DNA from: Chromera velia | Lineage: Eukaryota | Length of the DNA stretch: 51,752 nt | Reading direction: 5' to 3' | NCBI GenBank assembly: GCA_018398765.1 | Contig: JAHBMJ010000262.1 | Location: 1-51,752, forward strand | Translations under genes and position numbers: made by a program | Notes under the pieces: model-generated | What the model was told of the DNA's origin: nothing | The model's input: only the letters and a program-made list of their open reading frames with translations | Databases searched by the model: none | Shown: positions 12,947-26,500 of the stretch, one piece after another | Layout: each line of letters opens with the position of its first letter | Numbering within the stretch: position 1 is the stretch's first letter

Positions 12947-15113
12947 CTAGAGCTGCTTCTGCGTCTGTCGCTTGGCTTCTCTCTCCGCTTCCTTCTGCTT
13001 TCTTTTGAGGAGGTCTCTCGCATGCCTCTCGGCCCTCTCAGAGGAAGTTTCTCCTCGAAAGAACCTCCTGCCGATGCCTCCTGATTTTCCCGTGACCCTT
13101 GTCGTTGAAGAGTGGGCGGGCGTCTGAGAGAATGACGAGGAAGAAATGTGTCTCACCCCCTTTTCCTGGCTCTGTGGTGCCCTTGAATCATCAGAGGGGC
13201 GCACATTTAGCACTGCCGTGTGCATGAGAGCCTCTTCGTTCTCGTTTGGCTGTCGTTGGAGGCGTACATTTTCTTCCACCTCCTTGTCGCCCTGCGGAAA
13301 GTCATCAGAGGCCGTGGCCGTGGTCTCTGCGGAGCTTCTCCTTCTTCTCCCCCTTCCAAAATCGTTGCAGCCTTCCTTTTTCTGCTTGTGCACACTATCC
13401 GAGTCAAGGCAACTGTTGCGCCTGCACGAAGACGAATTCTGCTTCTGGTTCTCCTTGGCAGGAGCCTCAGAGGGTCGCTTGCGTGGTCGCAGTCGTTGGA
13501 GGTTCCGCTGCAGACTCTCAATCAGTGCCCCCTGCAAGTCATGGAGGCACGCATAGTGGTTTACTATCGTCATCGATGCTGTGAAGGTCAAGGAGGTTGC
13601 TTGCTTACCCAAGTCCACTTCCAAAGCTATAACACCGACATACGCGGACAAAAACAACCGTAGATTCAATTCTGAAGTCGTCAAATAAATGACAGAGCTA
13701 GAGCGGGCATCAACAACACCACTGTTATCACGTTGTATGATCATCGACAGTTATCATGATCCACTCACCGTAGAATTGAGTCTCTTGTCGTCTGTCTGAA
13801 TGACATCGGGGGCTCTCTCGGTGTCCTCAGAAATTCTTTGGTTGTTGGGATCAACTTCTGCTTCTTGCTGAGGCTCTTGCAGGTCGTTCTTCTGAAGGTC
13901 GGAGCGAATCTTCATCTCCGCTTTTCCGTCCTCGCCCTCTCCTTGATTGTCTCCTTCAGATCTTCCGTCGACCTCCCTCTTCTCCCCACAGACAGACTCC
14001 ATCTTCTCATGAAGCTTCACCTCGAAGTCCTCCGCAACGGAAGAGAGATTCTGCACACAGGAATCGACGCTTATGTTTCAGTGAGAATTTTGCAGAGCAG
14101 ATAGCGCGTATTTCCATACGTGTGCATGCAGACTTTCAAAAGAATAACGAAAAGGAGTCGGGAAGAGGCATTGATACGAAAAGACATGCAGTTAGTCAGC
14201 AGCCCACTCCACCTACCATTTGGTCTGGAATGTCCGCCTGAGAGTGACTGTCCATCATCATCTCCGTTCCTCGGGGGTGCACCGTCGTCGGTGTACTGGC
14301 TGGGCGTCCGTAGTAAAGCTGGCATGACTGCAGGAGGGACCTGCAGACCGCATCGCCTCTCGGTGCAAACAATCGAGCCATCTTCATCTTGGCTTCCTCC
14401 CACTCCTCCGCCTCCTCCTTCAATCCCTGTTTGTACTCCTCTTTCTCCTCCTCAGTCGCATGTGCCCGTCTTGCACGTGAGCGGGCGGCCATCATGCTCT
14501 TCAGGAGCCTCGCCGTGCGCAGGCAAGAGAGAGTCTTTAGAGCAACAGAACCGAGTCCATCGGGAAGAGCCCCCCCCTCTTTCTCCAGAATCTTCTGCAG
14601 AGAGTGGAGACTCTGCCGCATTCCGGAAACGAGAAAGTCAACCATATCCTGACCGGCCTTGTCAGACAGCACATCTCCCTCGGCTTCTGCCTTCCCCTCG
14701 CGTCTCGGTCTCTCCTTGCCCATAGCAGCCAGACAAGGGGGCTTCGGAATTGCCCCCCGGTAGTCACCCTCACCCCACGCTCGACCGTCGCTCCTCGCAG
14801 TCAGACGAAGGCACCGCATGCAGTACTTCCCCCTCTCGTACAGGATGCACTGGTCCATCCCTTCCACGCTGTCTGCATCCTTCCATGTCCATTGCACCTT
14901 TGGACATCCGGGAGCGGACAGAGCCTCGCGCTCCCATTCTTTCCTGATCTCGTCTTCACGAGAACTGTCCGGACAGCACCAGGCATCCATGTACGAGAGG
15001 TCCACATACGGCCCTGCCAAGGGATCCCAGGAGACCTCCCAACGGCCGTTGGGGTCTTCGCGGATTTGCCCCTGTGCGTCGTAAAACTCTCTGAAGTCTT
15101 GTACCCAGGGCAT
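12947..15113 (-). CDS. Hypothetical protein, ~587 aa, 3 exons (15113-14217, 14050-13769, 13531-12947)
   Basis: 897-nt first exon starting MPWVQDFREFY. Phase-0 introns (GTAGGT..TGCAG; GTGAGT..TTGCAG) remove the stops between the three ORFs. Trp/Cys-rich N-domain, helical middle, charged low-complexity tail. No family recognised. Confidence 0.55.
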
Positions 15114-15699
15114 CGCACGACAGAGAGAGAGGGCAAGAGAGAGATGACTCAGGTCTGGGTGTCTGACCTGAGACGGGAAAACTTAACTCGACGTTCTACA
15201 GAACTCCAGCTTGACGTCGAAGATGAAAACCTACAATACTGGGACTCTTCCAGTCAGTTGCCAGTCAGTTTCAAAGAATGTCAGTTGAGACATCTGCAGT
15301 AAGTATACAGACTCTCTGTATATAGACGATCTTAAGTTGGAGGTGCATGCGACGCCATGCATGCGTTCAGTCTGACTCACGCGCGATCGACTGAATCATC
15401 TTTAGTGTCTCTCTGGTCCTTTGTCGGGCCAGTATGCATCTTGCCTAGGCATAGGTCCTGTCCGTCTATTATGGCCAATCTGTTGCAAGCGCAAGCCCCT
15501 CGAACTAGGCCGCCGCGCCTAGCTTATACTACTCCATGGTGGACAAAAATTAATACCTTTCATTCTCCGTGTGTTCGCGTGGTCAACTCTGCCTATCTAT
15601 GGATGAGCGTTGTGGTCTTCCTTTTCGTTTCCCCAACTTTTTCTTCAATGGGTTCCTCAGCCCATTAAAAAAATTTGTTTCTCCTCAACATTTCTTTAT

Positions 15700-17093
15700 T
15701 AAACCTTTTCTTTACATCCATAAATTCTTTTGCATGCTTAGCGGCTTTTAGCTCCTTTGTCATATTTCTTCAATCTGATGTTGTCAGGCTCTTCTCTCCG
15801 TTTATGTCTTTTCTATCTCTTAAATATCAAAATGGTCTTTCTCTTTCTTTCAATTCTCTTGCCAGCACCCCTACTGGCCCCCCCCCCATTCTTTTACTCT
15901 TTCTTCTCTGCAAGGCCCACGTAGGCCAAAAACTCCCTCCCAAGCAGCATCTCTGTAACCTGTGTACCGCGTGCACCGCGGCTTGTCTGCACAGATGCCA
16001 AGATTGTAGACGCTGCTGCTTTCTGAACCGCTACTGACAACGTTTTCCACCATCTGTCAGCAATTTTCTGACGTGCTGACACATCATTCATCTCCCCTAA
16101 CCTTTCTGTAGCCTGTCTCACCATCTCTTTCACGAACTGTACTGTTTCCCCCCCAGGCCTTCCGTAGGTCTCAAAAACTAAAGGGACAAAACGAATGCCC
16201 ACTGCTCTGCAGGCATCATCGTAGTGGGTATGTTTCTTCCCTTCTTTTTCCTTAGCTGCAGCCCCTGCTTTCTTGATGTTTCTATGCAGGCGGGTTGCAT
16301 CCTGGATCGGGTGGATCAGAGCTACATCCCCTAGAATGGAGTCCCCATTTGGCAAAGTCGCGAATAAGTCTGGTCGTTTGTTGCGTTCCTGGCCAACGGT
16401 CCTGTCAAATTGAGCCCCAACGATCCCATCGTCGTCTCCCCCCCAACCGTACAGTACCTTACCCCCGTTAACAGCTCAAAAAATGCTGCCCCAACCTTTT
16501 GGTGCCTTCTCTACGGACCTCTTCCCGTTGGACATTTTCCTCCATAAACACCCTCCAAGTCCCCCCTCTGTCCACAGCCGCAAACTGGTTGTCGTACTAC
16601 CTCTGGGATACAAAGGCCTAGCCGTACGCGCATGGCTGTACGAAAAAGCGGTGGGAAGATCTTATAGTTGCTGTCAAAAGGAATGGCTCTAAGCCATGCT
16701 GAGGCTCCATTGCCAGAGCAACTTCTCAAGTGAATCTGTCCTTTCTCATCTAAGCTTGGAGGCGTCTCTAGCGTAGGACGGCTACTGCCCGGCAGCTCTC
16801 CCAACAGTCGTTTTCTCGTCGCTGCCTGCAAAGTATCATAGAGCCTCCCTTGCACCCCCTTTGCCCCTTCACCTCTCCATGCCTCTGTGCAATCTCTCCA
16901 TGATGCTTTCAGCAACGACCGCTCTGGTGCTCCACTGACTGCATCCTAATGATCGTTCTGCAGTCTGTAGAACGCTTCTTGGGCTTTCTGAGACTATCCC
17001 TCCCTCGAAACTTTCTTCCACATCTCATCTGGGTTGTTCGCATACCCTTGCACCAAAAGCCTCTTCAGTACGTCTGCTAGGCAGGATGCATAG
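15700..17093 (-). mobile_element. 5'-truncated, decayed non-LTR retrotransposon with restriction-like endonuclease (CRE-clade-like)
   Basis: Post-RT segment ASAWLRAIP...F.TAMRVRLG, zinc knuckle CGCG...C...RRH, and RLE motif KRPD...GDVALIHP...KE..K...Y...FVPLVFETYG. In-frame TAG stops at ~16995, ~16947 and 16511. RT core absent. The 3' boundary is approximate. Confidence 0.87.
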
Positions 17094-17144
17094 CATCCTA
17101 CCAGCGCACATTTTTGTATGAGACTATACCTGTGATCGACTGAA

Positions 17145-17412
17145 TCAAAATGCGCGCGGAATTAAGGGGGCCCCATGCATGCATGCTGCACGCAGGGCCC
17201 CGGCATACATGCACAGGGCCCTGGCATACACCGGCCCTGCGATGCCCTGCGTGCGTCGTAAAAAAGCCCCTCGCGAAAAAAAAGAAAAATTGCACAAAAA
17301 TGACGATGCCACGCATCGGACCTTCTGAGCTAGGAACGTCTTCAATGACGCCTGGCATTAATTCACTTGACACAGTGCTTCAGAAAGTCTGGACAAACTG
17401 CATATATATATG
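17145..17412 (+). promoter_or_regulatory. Motif cluster upstream of the ROD-like gene
   Basis: CATGCATGCATG 17174-17185, tandem CAGGGCCC(C/T)GGCATACA at 17193 and 17214, CGCGAAAAA 17272-17280, ATATATAT ~17402. Confidence 0.4.
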
Positions 17413-17688
17413 ACTTTGCACGTCAGACAGGTGGCTTGCGACAGAAATCACGGTCTCGTTCATTGTTGTCGCAGAGAACGCATTCGGAGCATACCGTCAG
17501 ATCAGCAGCGTTCCTTCATATCTCTCGTTGTTGATTAGAACGTACTTTAGGGTCTTGGCTCTTGATTCTTTGTTGTCACCCGACACGCATCTTCAACAGT
17601 CTTCGCTGTAAGATACTTGTGGTAGTATCTCGCGGTGTTTTGAGATAGAGGCAGAAACCCATCAGAGAGAGACTGAGCCAGTGTTGCA

Positions 17689-20600
17689 ATGGAACACTCA
17701 ACTGTCTGCTGGGATCCAGGAGCTTCGTCTCAGAGACCGAAGGATGCCGCCGCACCTTTTGTAGGTCCTCTCTGTCCTCCCTGCAGTCCTACTTACTCTT
17801 TCTCTTCAATGAGGTGCTTTTGTGCTTTTCTGCAGATGCAAAAAGTATGTGACTCCACCGGAGACTTATTGTCAATCAGTCCGACCTGCGTGGGTATTCA
17901 CAAGCCGGGGAGGGGCGAGTTCTGCGAAGACTTCCTCGATCTCTCTCCTGCATTGAAGGGGGCCGGACTCCTCAACGCGACGTGGAGTGCCTGCGGCCGT
18001 CTCTTGTTCGCTTTCGACTCTCAAGGTCGGCAGAGACTATGAAGGGGGGAGGGAAGGGGAAAGAAAACAAGCCCCTAGAAAAGCTTCAGTCTGTCTCAAC
18101 TCTCCTTAATTTGGCGAATTGCTCAAAAGTGTGCTTGCCGAGATCTGCGTGCCTCGTCTATCGTGCTGATCGGCGTACAAGTTGGTCGCATATGTTCTCG
18201 CTCATCATTCTTGTGTGCTCCTCCCCATTTGCAGGAAGAGTCCACTCGCTTCGGGTTTCAGAGACTTTCCGCCTCCGCCGTCTCTGGACTCAGCAGCTTC
18301 CCGTACAGCAGCAGAAGCAGAGGGAACAGGAGAAGGGCGCCATTGTACAGAATGAGGCAACAGGAGAGGATAAGGTCTGTTCGCCCCTCTCTATCCGCCC
18401 CCGTCTTGTGTGTGGATGTCTCCCATGCTTCCTCCCACTCCGTTTCCCTTCTTCTACCGTCAGGGGAATCATGTGCTTCGTATGTCAAGCAGGCCTTTTG
18501 CGTTTCTAAATCTCTCCGACTGCATCTTTTGTCCTTGTGTGTGTGCAGGAGAACGAAGTGGGAGGGAACGCTTCTCAGCTGAAGAAACCGAAGGCAGTTG
18601 CGGTGGGCGGGGACAGAGACAGACGGGGTCTTGTGTCCCAAAAAGATAGGGACAAGGAGGCGGCCGCAGCGAAGAAGAAGGGAAAGGAGACGGTAGGGCC
18701 GAAGCAGAACAGCAGCCCCAGCAGCAGTGGCGGTGTGAAGGCAGGTGCTCCATCAGGCTCCTCAGTGCCGTCGTCCCATCTCTCCGTCTTGGATGTGAAC
18801 ATGGTTCCGGAGACAGATAAAGAGTCAGTCAACGAGGGCTGCGAAGAGTACGGTGAAGTGTTCAGTGATTTCTCTCGCCATGAGTCTTGTATCTCTCTTC
18901 TTCTTCACTTCCTGTCTTTCATCACCTTTTTTTTACTTACTGTTGAATGAGCGATCGAGTTTGCATACGTCCTCCTTTCCGTCACCTTCCTGCTTGTTTT
19001 GTGCAGTCCTTCACGTCAGTGTCTCTCCATTCTCCTCTCTGAGGGCCGGGTGATTGTTCTCTCCTCTCTGGAAGTGACTCCTCTCGTGGAGGGCCTCTGT
19101 GAGAGTGAGAGGGAGAGCGAAGTGGGTTTGGAGGGCAGAGCTGGGGAGGAGAACCGGAACAAAGAGAACATGAGGGGCAATGCAAAAGCAAAGCCAGTCC
19201 CTCTATCTGACGAGAAAGAGAAGGGAAAGGGGGGAGGACCGGCTGCTCTTGAAGCACGGGCTCTCCTCGCATTCCGCCAGAAAGTCAGTCACTTGTTTTG
19301 TTGGCTTCATCACTTCCCGTCAGAAAGTCAGTGGACCAGTGGGCTTTGTTTTGGTCTGCTTCTGCCTACTTCTGTTTGTTGTGTCTCATTGCTCGGTCTT
19401 ACGTGTGTCTCTTTGCTTCGTCTGTGTGCTGTGTGCTGTGTATGCAGGCGCGTCTGCACTGTACGACAGTCGACCCGGGTGCAGAGAAAGTGTTCGCGCT
19501 GCCAGCTGAGGGGTTGGGTGGGGGCCGGCAGGAAGATGTAGGGGGGCCTCGGGGAGACAGAATGGTGCAAACGGGGGGGGGAAGAGAGGCGAGGGCTGAG
19601 GTGGCAACTCTCCTCGCAGTTTCTTCTGACACCCTTGAAGCACTTCGCGTCAGTCAGGTGTTCTTTCCTGTGTTGTTGCATTCTTCCTTCCCTTCCTCTC
19701 TCTTTCAGCTTTCCTGGCCTGTCCAGTCTCTTCTCGTCTCTCGTCTGGTCTGTCCGGCGTCCACACTCGTGCTGTGAGTTGACCCTTTGTTTGCCTTTTT
19801 TCTTTTTCCACCCACCCCACCCGGGGGCATCCTTGCATGGAGAGTCGTCTCGTTTGCCGCCGTCGGCATTTGCACTCGCTTCCTTCCGTCATTGTCTCGC
19901 CTCTTCCTTTTCCTCGGTGCAGGTGGGTAATTCCGGCCTCGAATTGCTGTCCTCTCGTCGTCTGGTGTTTCCTTCCTGCCTTCTCGGGGCCTCTCTCGGA
20001 GAGACAGGAAGGGGAGAGGGGGGGGGGTCTGGTGCCATGAGGGTGAAGAGGCTCCTTGCGGCGTCTGTTGTTTTTCCTCCCTCTGAATGTGGAGATGGAG
20101 AGGGCGCAGTCAGGGGGGCCAGTTTGATGTCAATGGTCATGGAGGCAGAGGGGGAAGGGATTTCAGGGCCGTGTTGCGTGAAGGTCCTCTTCCCTCTTGA
20201 TTTGAGAAGAGAGCAAGCAAGACACTCGCCCTCAAAACCGTCTCCGCTGTTTCCCTTCTCCATGAAGGCTCTGAGCCAGGGCCGAGCTGGGACCCCTCGC
20301 GTGCTGGCTGCAGATGTATCAGCATGGGGGTGCCGCTCGGACCTCGCTCTCGGGGTTGCGGGGGACAGCGGGGACAGGAAGGGAATTTGTGCGTCTTCAG
20401 CTCTGGTTGTGATGCTCTGTTTGGTGAAAGGGGAGCAAGGCGGCGGGACTGGTTCTTATGAGGTCTGCATGGAGCGTCTCTTCTCGCCTAGTGGCAAGGA
20501 GACGGGAGAAAAGGAGGTCTCCATTTCCTTTCCCGTCTCTCTGCCTGCTAAAGGGAATGCGGACATCATCGGACTGCGCGAAGGGGAGCCCTGTCCTCCT

Positions 20601-23524
20601 TCTCCTCAAATTCTCTTCTTTCCGCCTGCAGCCCAAAAGGCCTTCCCTCAAGGAACGACTTCCTGCTCAGCAGAAGACGGCAATCAAGAAGAATCAGAGG
20701 GGCAGGGAGAGAGAATCCCATTGATCCTGGTTGGCCCGTCACCGCCCCCTCGAGATTCACTCACCGATGCTGCAGCAGTATCGTCATCCTCTGCGCCTCT
20801 GCAGATTGTCACCGTGCGGGTAGAATCAGACAGCATTGCGGTCAGTCCTGGAGTTGAGCAATCCACAATCTGACAACGTACTGGTCACTTGGTTCAGCGC
20901 TTGAGAAAAGCATTTTTTTTCTCCTTTTCTCCCATTCCTTGCTTTTAGTCCTTCCTGTATCTATTTTCCTCCTGTCCCCGTGTCCTGTACAAAAGTACAG
21001 AAGTGTGTTGGTCTCTCCAGCTGTTTCGGACATCGGTCCCGTGTGATGGATGCAGAGTGGCATGCAGGCACTCCGTTGGACATTCGCAGATTCTTATTTG
21101 TGCGAAGTCTCAGTTTCTCCTCTGGTTTCGGTTCTTCATTGGACCCTCTTTTTCTGTCTGCTTGCAGGACGGAAGCGGTGAGGGTTTTTCTGCCGATGGG
21201 GCAGGCAAGGGTGCCAGCTCGTCCTCCCTGTGCAAATCGGGGGCTGCTCTGAGTCGGGTGGATGAGTTTGTGCGGAGTCTCTCGATCCAGGGGGGGGGAA
21301 GGGGACGGGGGAGTAGGTCGGGCAGACAGAAGGAGGACCTGACAGCCTTGGGTCTGAGTAACCTTCTGCGTGTGTATCTGGAAGCAAGGTTAAATGAGAT
21401 CATCACTCGGGGGGAAGATGCAGATACAGGGGAGGAAGCGGAGAGAGGTGGAGAGGATGCGGATGGAGACTCCTCTTCCGCTTCCAGAAGAGAACGGGCA
21501 AAGAAGGAGGAGGTGGCTGACGCGTTCGTGCTCGTTGCTGCAAAGGCAATGCACGCGCCATTTGGGTTAGTTGAAACTAACTCGCTACGGTCTCGTCCAG
21601 TCGTCTCATGGCTTTATTTTTCTTCGTCTGGTCTTTTTTAAGCATTGCTTTCACTGTTCTCGCTTCTGTAATTTGTCCCAGCAATATGGCTGATGTAGAT
21701 CGTCTCATACTACAAGCTCTTGATGAAACCCCTTGATTCGCTTGTCGGCCTGTCTACCCGTGATGAACTGTGGCGGCGTATGAAGCTCAGTATGAGTTGT
21801 AGAATGAATGCTCCTCTGCATCATTTCATTTTCACGCACGCATGCATGACTGCAGGACCCTGGAGGAGTGCGAGGAGGCGATCGCACTGACTGCCGACCT
21901 TCTGGAACTTGCAGCTTCCCGTCTTTCCCTTCCCGTCGTCTCCTCAGCCAATCAGCTGCAAGAGGGAGACCTGCGGAATGCCCAGCTGATGACGGTGGGG
22001 CAAGGGACCGCGGATTCGGTGCAGGTCTCCACAGCTGCCCTTCAGAAGACTATCATCAATGAAGAGAGAGAGAGGGAAGGGGAGGAACCAGGGACGGAGG
22101 GGGGACACGAGGCAGGCCCCCACGGGAGTCGTCTGCATGGGGAAATGCACACAGCAGAAGGGTTAGGCACGGACCAGCCCCTGCTTCGGCTCTCTCTTGC
22201 CCTCCGTTCTCTCCGTGAGATGCAAATCCGTTTGGGCACCCTGGCCCTTGTGAATGCCTCTTTGGCAGACCGCATGGCTGTAGGAGGGCACGTGTCTGCG
22301 TCGTCTTCCTCGGGCGTCTCTGGAGGGGGAAAGTGGGCTGAGGGTGAGGTGCAGCAGCGTGAAGGTGGTACGATACGGTCGGAGACGGCGGATATGTCTG
22401 GAAGTTTTGAGGAGACAGGGCAGGATAAATTTGAGGAGGACGGTTTGGTCGCGTCTGTAGAGGGAGAGGGGAGACGGAATCATGGGGGCAACTTGACCTC
22501 GTCCTCCCATCTCCATTTCAGTCGTGCCGATGCCTTCGCTCCCTTGTTGTACGTCTGTGAGGCACTTGCGAGAGAGGGGTTGATTGAGGAGGTGGTGCTC
22601 GTGTGCGGACGTCATGGACGTCTTCTGGGAGTTGGGGGCATTCAGGTCGTCTCTTTGGAGGTGGAGGGAGAAGAAGGGGAAGGGGAGGAGTGCGATGAAC
22701 GTCTGGAGATTTCTTACGGGCATCTGGAAGTCGCCTTCGACGTCGCTGTCAGTCAGTCCCTGCTTCCTTCCCTCTTTCTCTTCTTTATTGACTGTCGAAT
22801 AAAACGACTTGCGATTATCTGTGTGGGAATATGACCTCAAAAGCAAAACTTTTCGTTGTTTTTCCTTCCGTCTCTGTGTACAGGCCTGGATGGAAAAAGC
22901 CAGTACGTTTTCAATACCTATACACAAGACGACATGGCAGGGGGGCTGCGTGGTCTCCTACTGTCGTTTTCTGCAAAGAAAAATGCGAAAGCGATTTTTT
23001 TCTTTTGCCTTTTGTCACATCTGGGGGCATGCCTGGAGTTCTTTCCAGCATTCTCTTTTGTTCTGGTGCGTGCATTCCAATTTGGTCCTGGTCTCCCTCC
23101 TTCCCCCGCGCCCCCTGTGCGTGCAGATCTTCCAAGTCCTTCGTGCCTTCCCTCTGGTTCTCCCTCCTGAGGCAAGAAGGCTCCTCCCTTTGTGGCTGAG
23201 AAACTACGTGATTCCCCTTCTGAAAAAGAGGTCAGACACAGAGGGAGGGGGGAGAGGGAAAGAAGGAAGGAAGGAAGAAAGGAAGGAGCCGATGTGACAG
23301 TCTGCCGCGGAATCTGAGTGTTAGTCAGAGGAACAGCGTGACGTGCGTATGTAGACAAACCAGTTTTTTTTTGTTTTGTACCGAAACTGTTCCGTGAAGA
23401 GCGGGTTCCATGCACTTGTGCGCGTCTTTTCACGAAAGAAAGAAGAAGACTCAAAAGCGCATTCATTCTCTGTTTCTCTTTGTTTGCATCAGACGCTCTC
23501 TCGATAGGATGGATACCTTCTTTG

Positions 23525-23575
<51 letters not shown>

Positions 23576-26500
23576 TGTGTCTTTGTGCGTGTCGGTACTT
23601 GCGGTTCACTCCCATATGTTTCTGTGTGCATCTGTAATTCAGGAATCTGTTGTCCCACTGGCTCTTTGAGAGGGCGTCCCTTCTGGAGAACACCCTTGCT
23701 GATCCGATGCCGTCTCTCGAGCTCCTTTCCTGCCTTTGCCAGGATCCCAGAACAGTCAAACTGGCAGAGCGGAGAACCGGGGGGGATCGTCAGACGCTCT
23801 CCGCAGAAGAAGCAGGGGGTGGCCAAGGGGTTGCCATGGGATTCCACAGTGTGGTGAGAACAGAAGAGTCACTCAGTGACGTGGGGTGGTGGGCCCCTGG
23901 CCCTGATGGCTTTCATGTGAAGGGGAAGGGGACGCCTCCCGCTTCCTCGTTTCCGTTCTCTGGGCATCCTCCGTTCTCCTCTGGAGCGATGCTGGTGACT
24001 CCAGGGGAGGCGGTGGCCGCAGCCCGGCGGTGGGCGGGTTGCGGTCCATCTTTGGGGGATTTGTCTGGGGTGGAGCAGGCGATGCGAAACCTGAGGGGTC
24101 CTTTGTTCGGAGGTGGATGGGAGGGAGGAGGGGGCGCGTTTGGAGGGGCCTGGAGGGAGGAAGAGGGAGACGGCGGTATGTGTGAGGTGGAGATGACGAT
24201 GACTGCAGAGCATCCACTTGACTCGATCGCCGAGTGTGAGGAAGAGGAAGAAGATGAAGGGGGTCTGGGGGAGCCTTGGGAGGAAGGAGAGGGAGATGGA
24301 AATGAGGTTGGGTTGAGCGTTTGGGACGAGCAGAGGAGCGAAGTGGATTCCCTTTCTGATGCCCTAGACGTAGAGGCAGGGGGAGGGGAAGTGGGTGTGC
24401 AAATGATGCACGGGCGGCAGCACGGCAGAGGAAAGAAGGGAGGGGAGAAGAAGACCTTCCGTAACCTCTGCAATTTGTACGGGAAGCTGCGCGAATCCCA
24501 AAACCTCAGGTTTGTTCCTTGTTGGAAAATGAAGGGCTCTTTCTATTTATTGGGGCCGGATGAGAGACAGACACCTTTCATTGATCACTGAGAGGGAAAG
24601 AGAGTGTCAAGCAAGGAAGGAACGCTGCTTTCCCCTTTTTGCTGTTCGTCTGCAGAGAAGTCTAGTGATGTGGAGAGAAACTTAGGATTTTCTTTCCGTG
24701 TCACGTTGCCGTTTTTCCGCTCTTCCATGGACTCCTGTCCGAGTCTCGAATGACTTCTTTTCGGTCTTTTGCCTTCTTTTCCTCTGCATCGTGTTTCCTA
24801 AAAGCCCCCCTCTTTATTTACATTGCAGAGAACAACACAACCTGCGTCTCCTCGTGAGGGACCTGGAGAGGATGGACGCGACCGCAGTCGCACTCTCCCT
24901 CGTGCGACGCGTGCCCCCCTCCCTAGTGCGACAAGAGTTCGCGTCATCGTTCACCAAATTCTGCGAGACTCACAGGCTGAACAGCGACCTGGCGATTCAC
25001 GATTGCTGTCTTCTGTTGATCAGGTCAGGTCGGACAACCAGAATAAGAAGAAGTGATGGATTGTTACTTTTTTGCTGTCACTCACGGGTGTGTCCTCGTG
25101 CCCGTCAGGTCAGGTAGTGACTGCGCAGTTTTTGTTCCTTCCGGTGCGTCTGTCTCGTGAGGACGGAATCCCAGTCTCCATCCATCTCATCAGTCAGAGA
25201 CCGGTGGGACGTTCGATGGTCACTTTCGCTTTTGCTTGTCTCTGTCTATCCTTCTGCAGAGAGCTGCAAGCTGAACGACGACGAGTGATCGCAGAGTTGG
25301 AAGTTATGGGAATGGAACTGCTAGGAGACGGCGACAGACAGGGGGGAGAGGAGGGAGAAGAGGAGGACAGTCTGTCTGAAGAGGAAGCCGATGAGGAGGA
25401 GATGGAAGACGGCATGGAAGGATCACCTGAAGAAGAAGTCGTTGCACCCTCCTCGTCTGTAACTGAGCAGTGTGAGAGGTCAGTCGTTCTGTCTGTAGGT
25501 GTTGGTGGGTAGGTGGCGTGTGGTCTCTTTTCTTGTCTGGCCCCCACTAAGGGTTGGATTTGTTGCAAGGAGAACAGTGGATCGATTTGATTGAAGTTTT
25601 AGATCGAAATTTTCTTTCTCTATTTTTCGATGCTGTGAGTCAAGGTTTCTTCTAGGAGGATGAGCGGGCTGTCCGCTTTCATGTTTCTGTTCCTACCGTT
25701 CTCTCTTGCTCAATCTCTCTCTCTCTCTCTCTCTTGCTTGTGTATCAGAGAAAGCGCTGCTGCATGGGGGCTGGATTGAATGAAACTTTTTTTCTCTCTG
25801 CTGTTTGTGCAGACTGGTGGAGATGATGAAATGCATCCGGTCGGAAGACAAACGGGCGATTTGCCTTCTGAAGGCTCATAAAAGTCTGGCCCCCTGCTTC
25901 AGGTGGGTAGACTGCATGGAAACCCGGTGAAGGAAGGATAGATACACAGTGCGCGTCTTTGTTGTGTTGGTGGGAGTGTTCGAAAGTGTGGTCAGAAGTC
26001 ATGTGAGGGTAGACGTACGTAGAGTCTCCATCTCGTTCCATGTGAAAGTGAGAAGGAATATCTTGTCCTTCGGAAATGACAAGGGCTCTCAACCCGTAAT
26101 CAATTGGATCGTTTTGGACTCCAACTGTGTAGCCCTTGTTCTGGGTTGTGTGGACGGACTTTCGTGTCAGACGGTCGTTGTGACGCTGCTTTGCTGTGCC
26201 TGCCTCTCTGCAGTCGAAACAGAGGGGCGTGGCGCCCTCTGGCGGCGCTCTTGAAGGAGAGCGTTCATAGCTGGAGAGGCGTGAGGGAGAACCATGTGAG
26301 TGATTGATGGATTAAACGAAAGAGTGGGTGGGGATGTGTGCTTGAGTCAAGGCTCTTGTATCATATTTTTAGGGGAGGTCTCGCAATTCACGATTGTACA
26401 GACAGAGAGGTCAACTGGGGGATTCTTTGTCTTCGTGCCTCGGTGCATGCATTCTCTTTCTTTTTGTGGAGGCAGGGAGTGAGCAAGTGAATCTGTCTCC

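Noticed and set aside
13532..13768. Apparent stop-codon readthrough (TGA TAA between in-frame ORFs)
   Set aside because: Explained by a 237-nt phase-0 intron (GTGAGT...TTGCAG).
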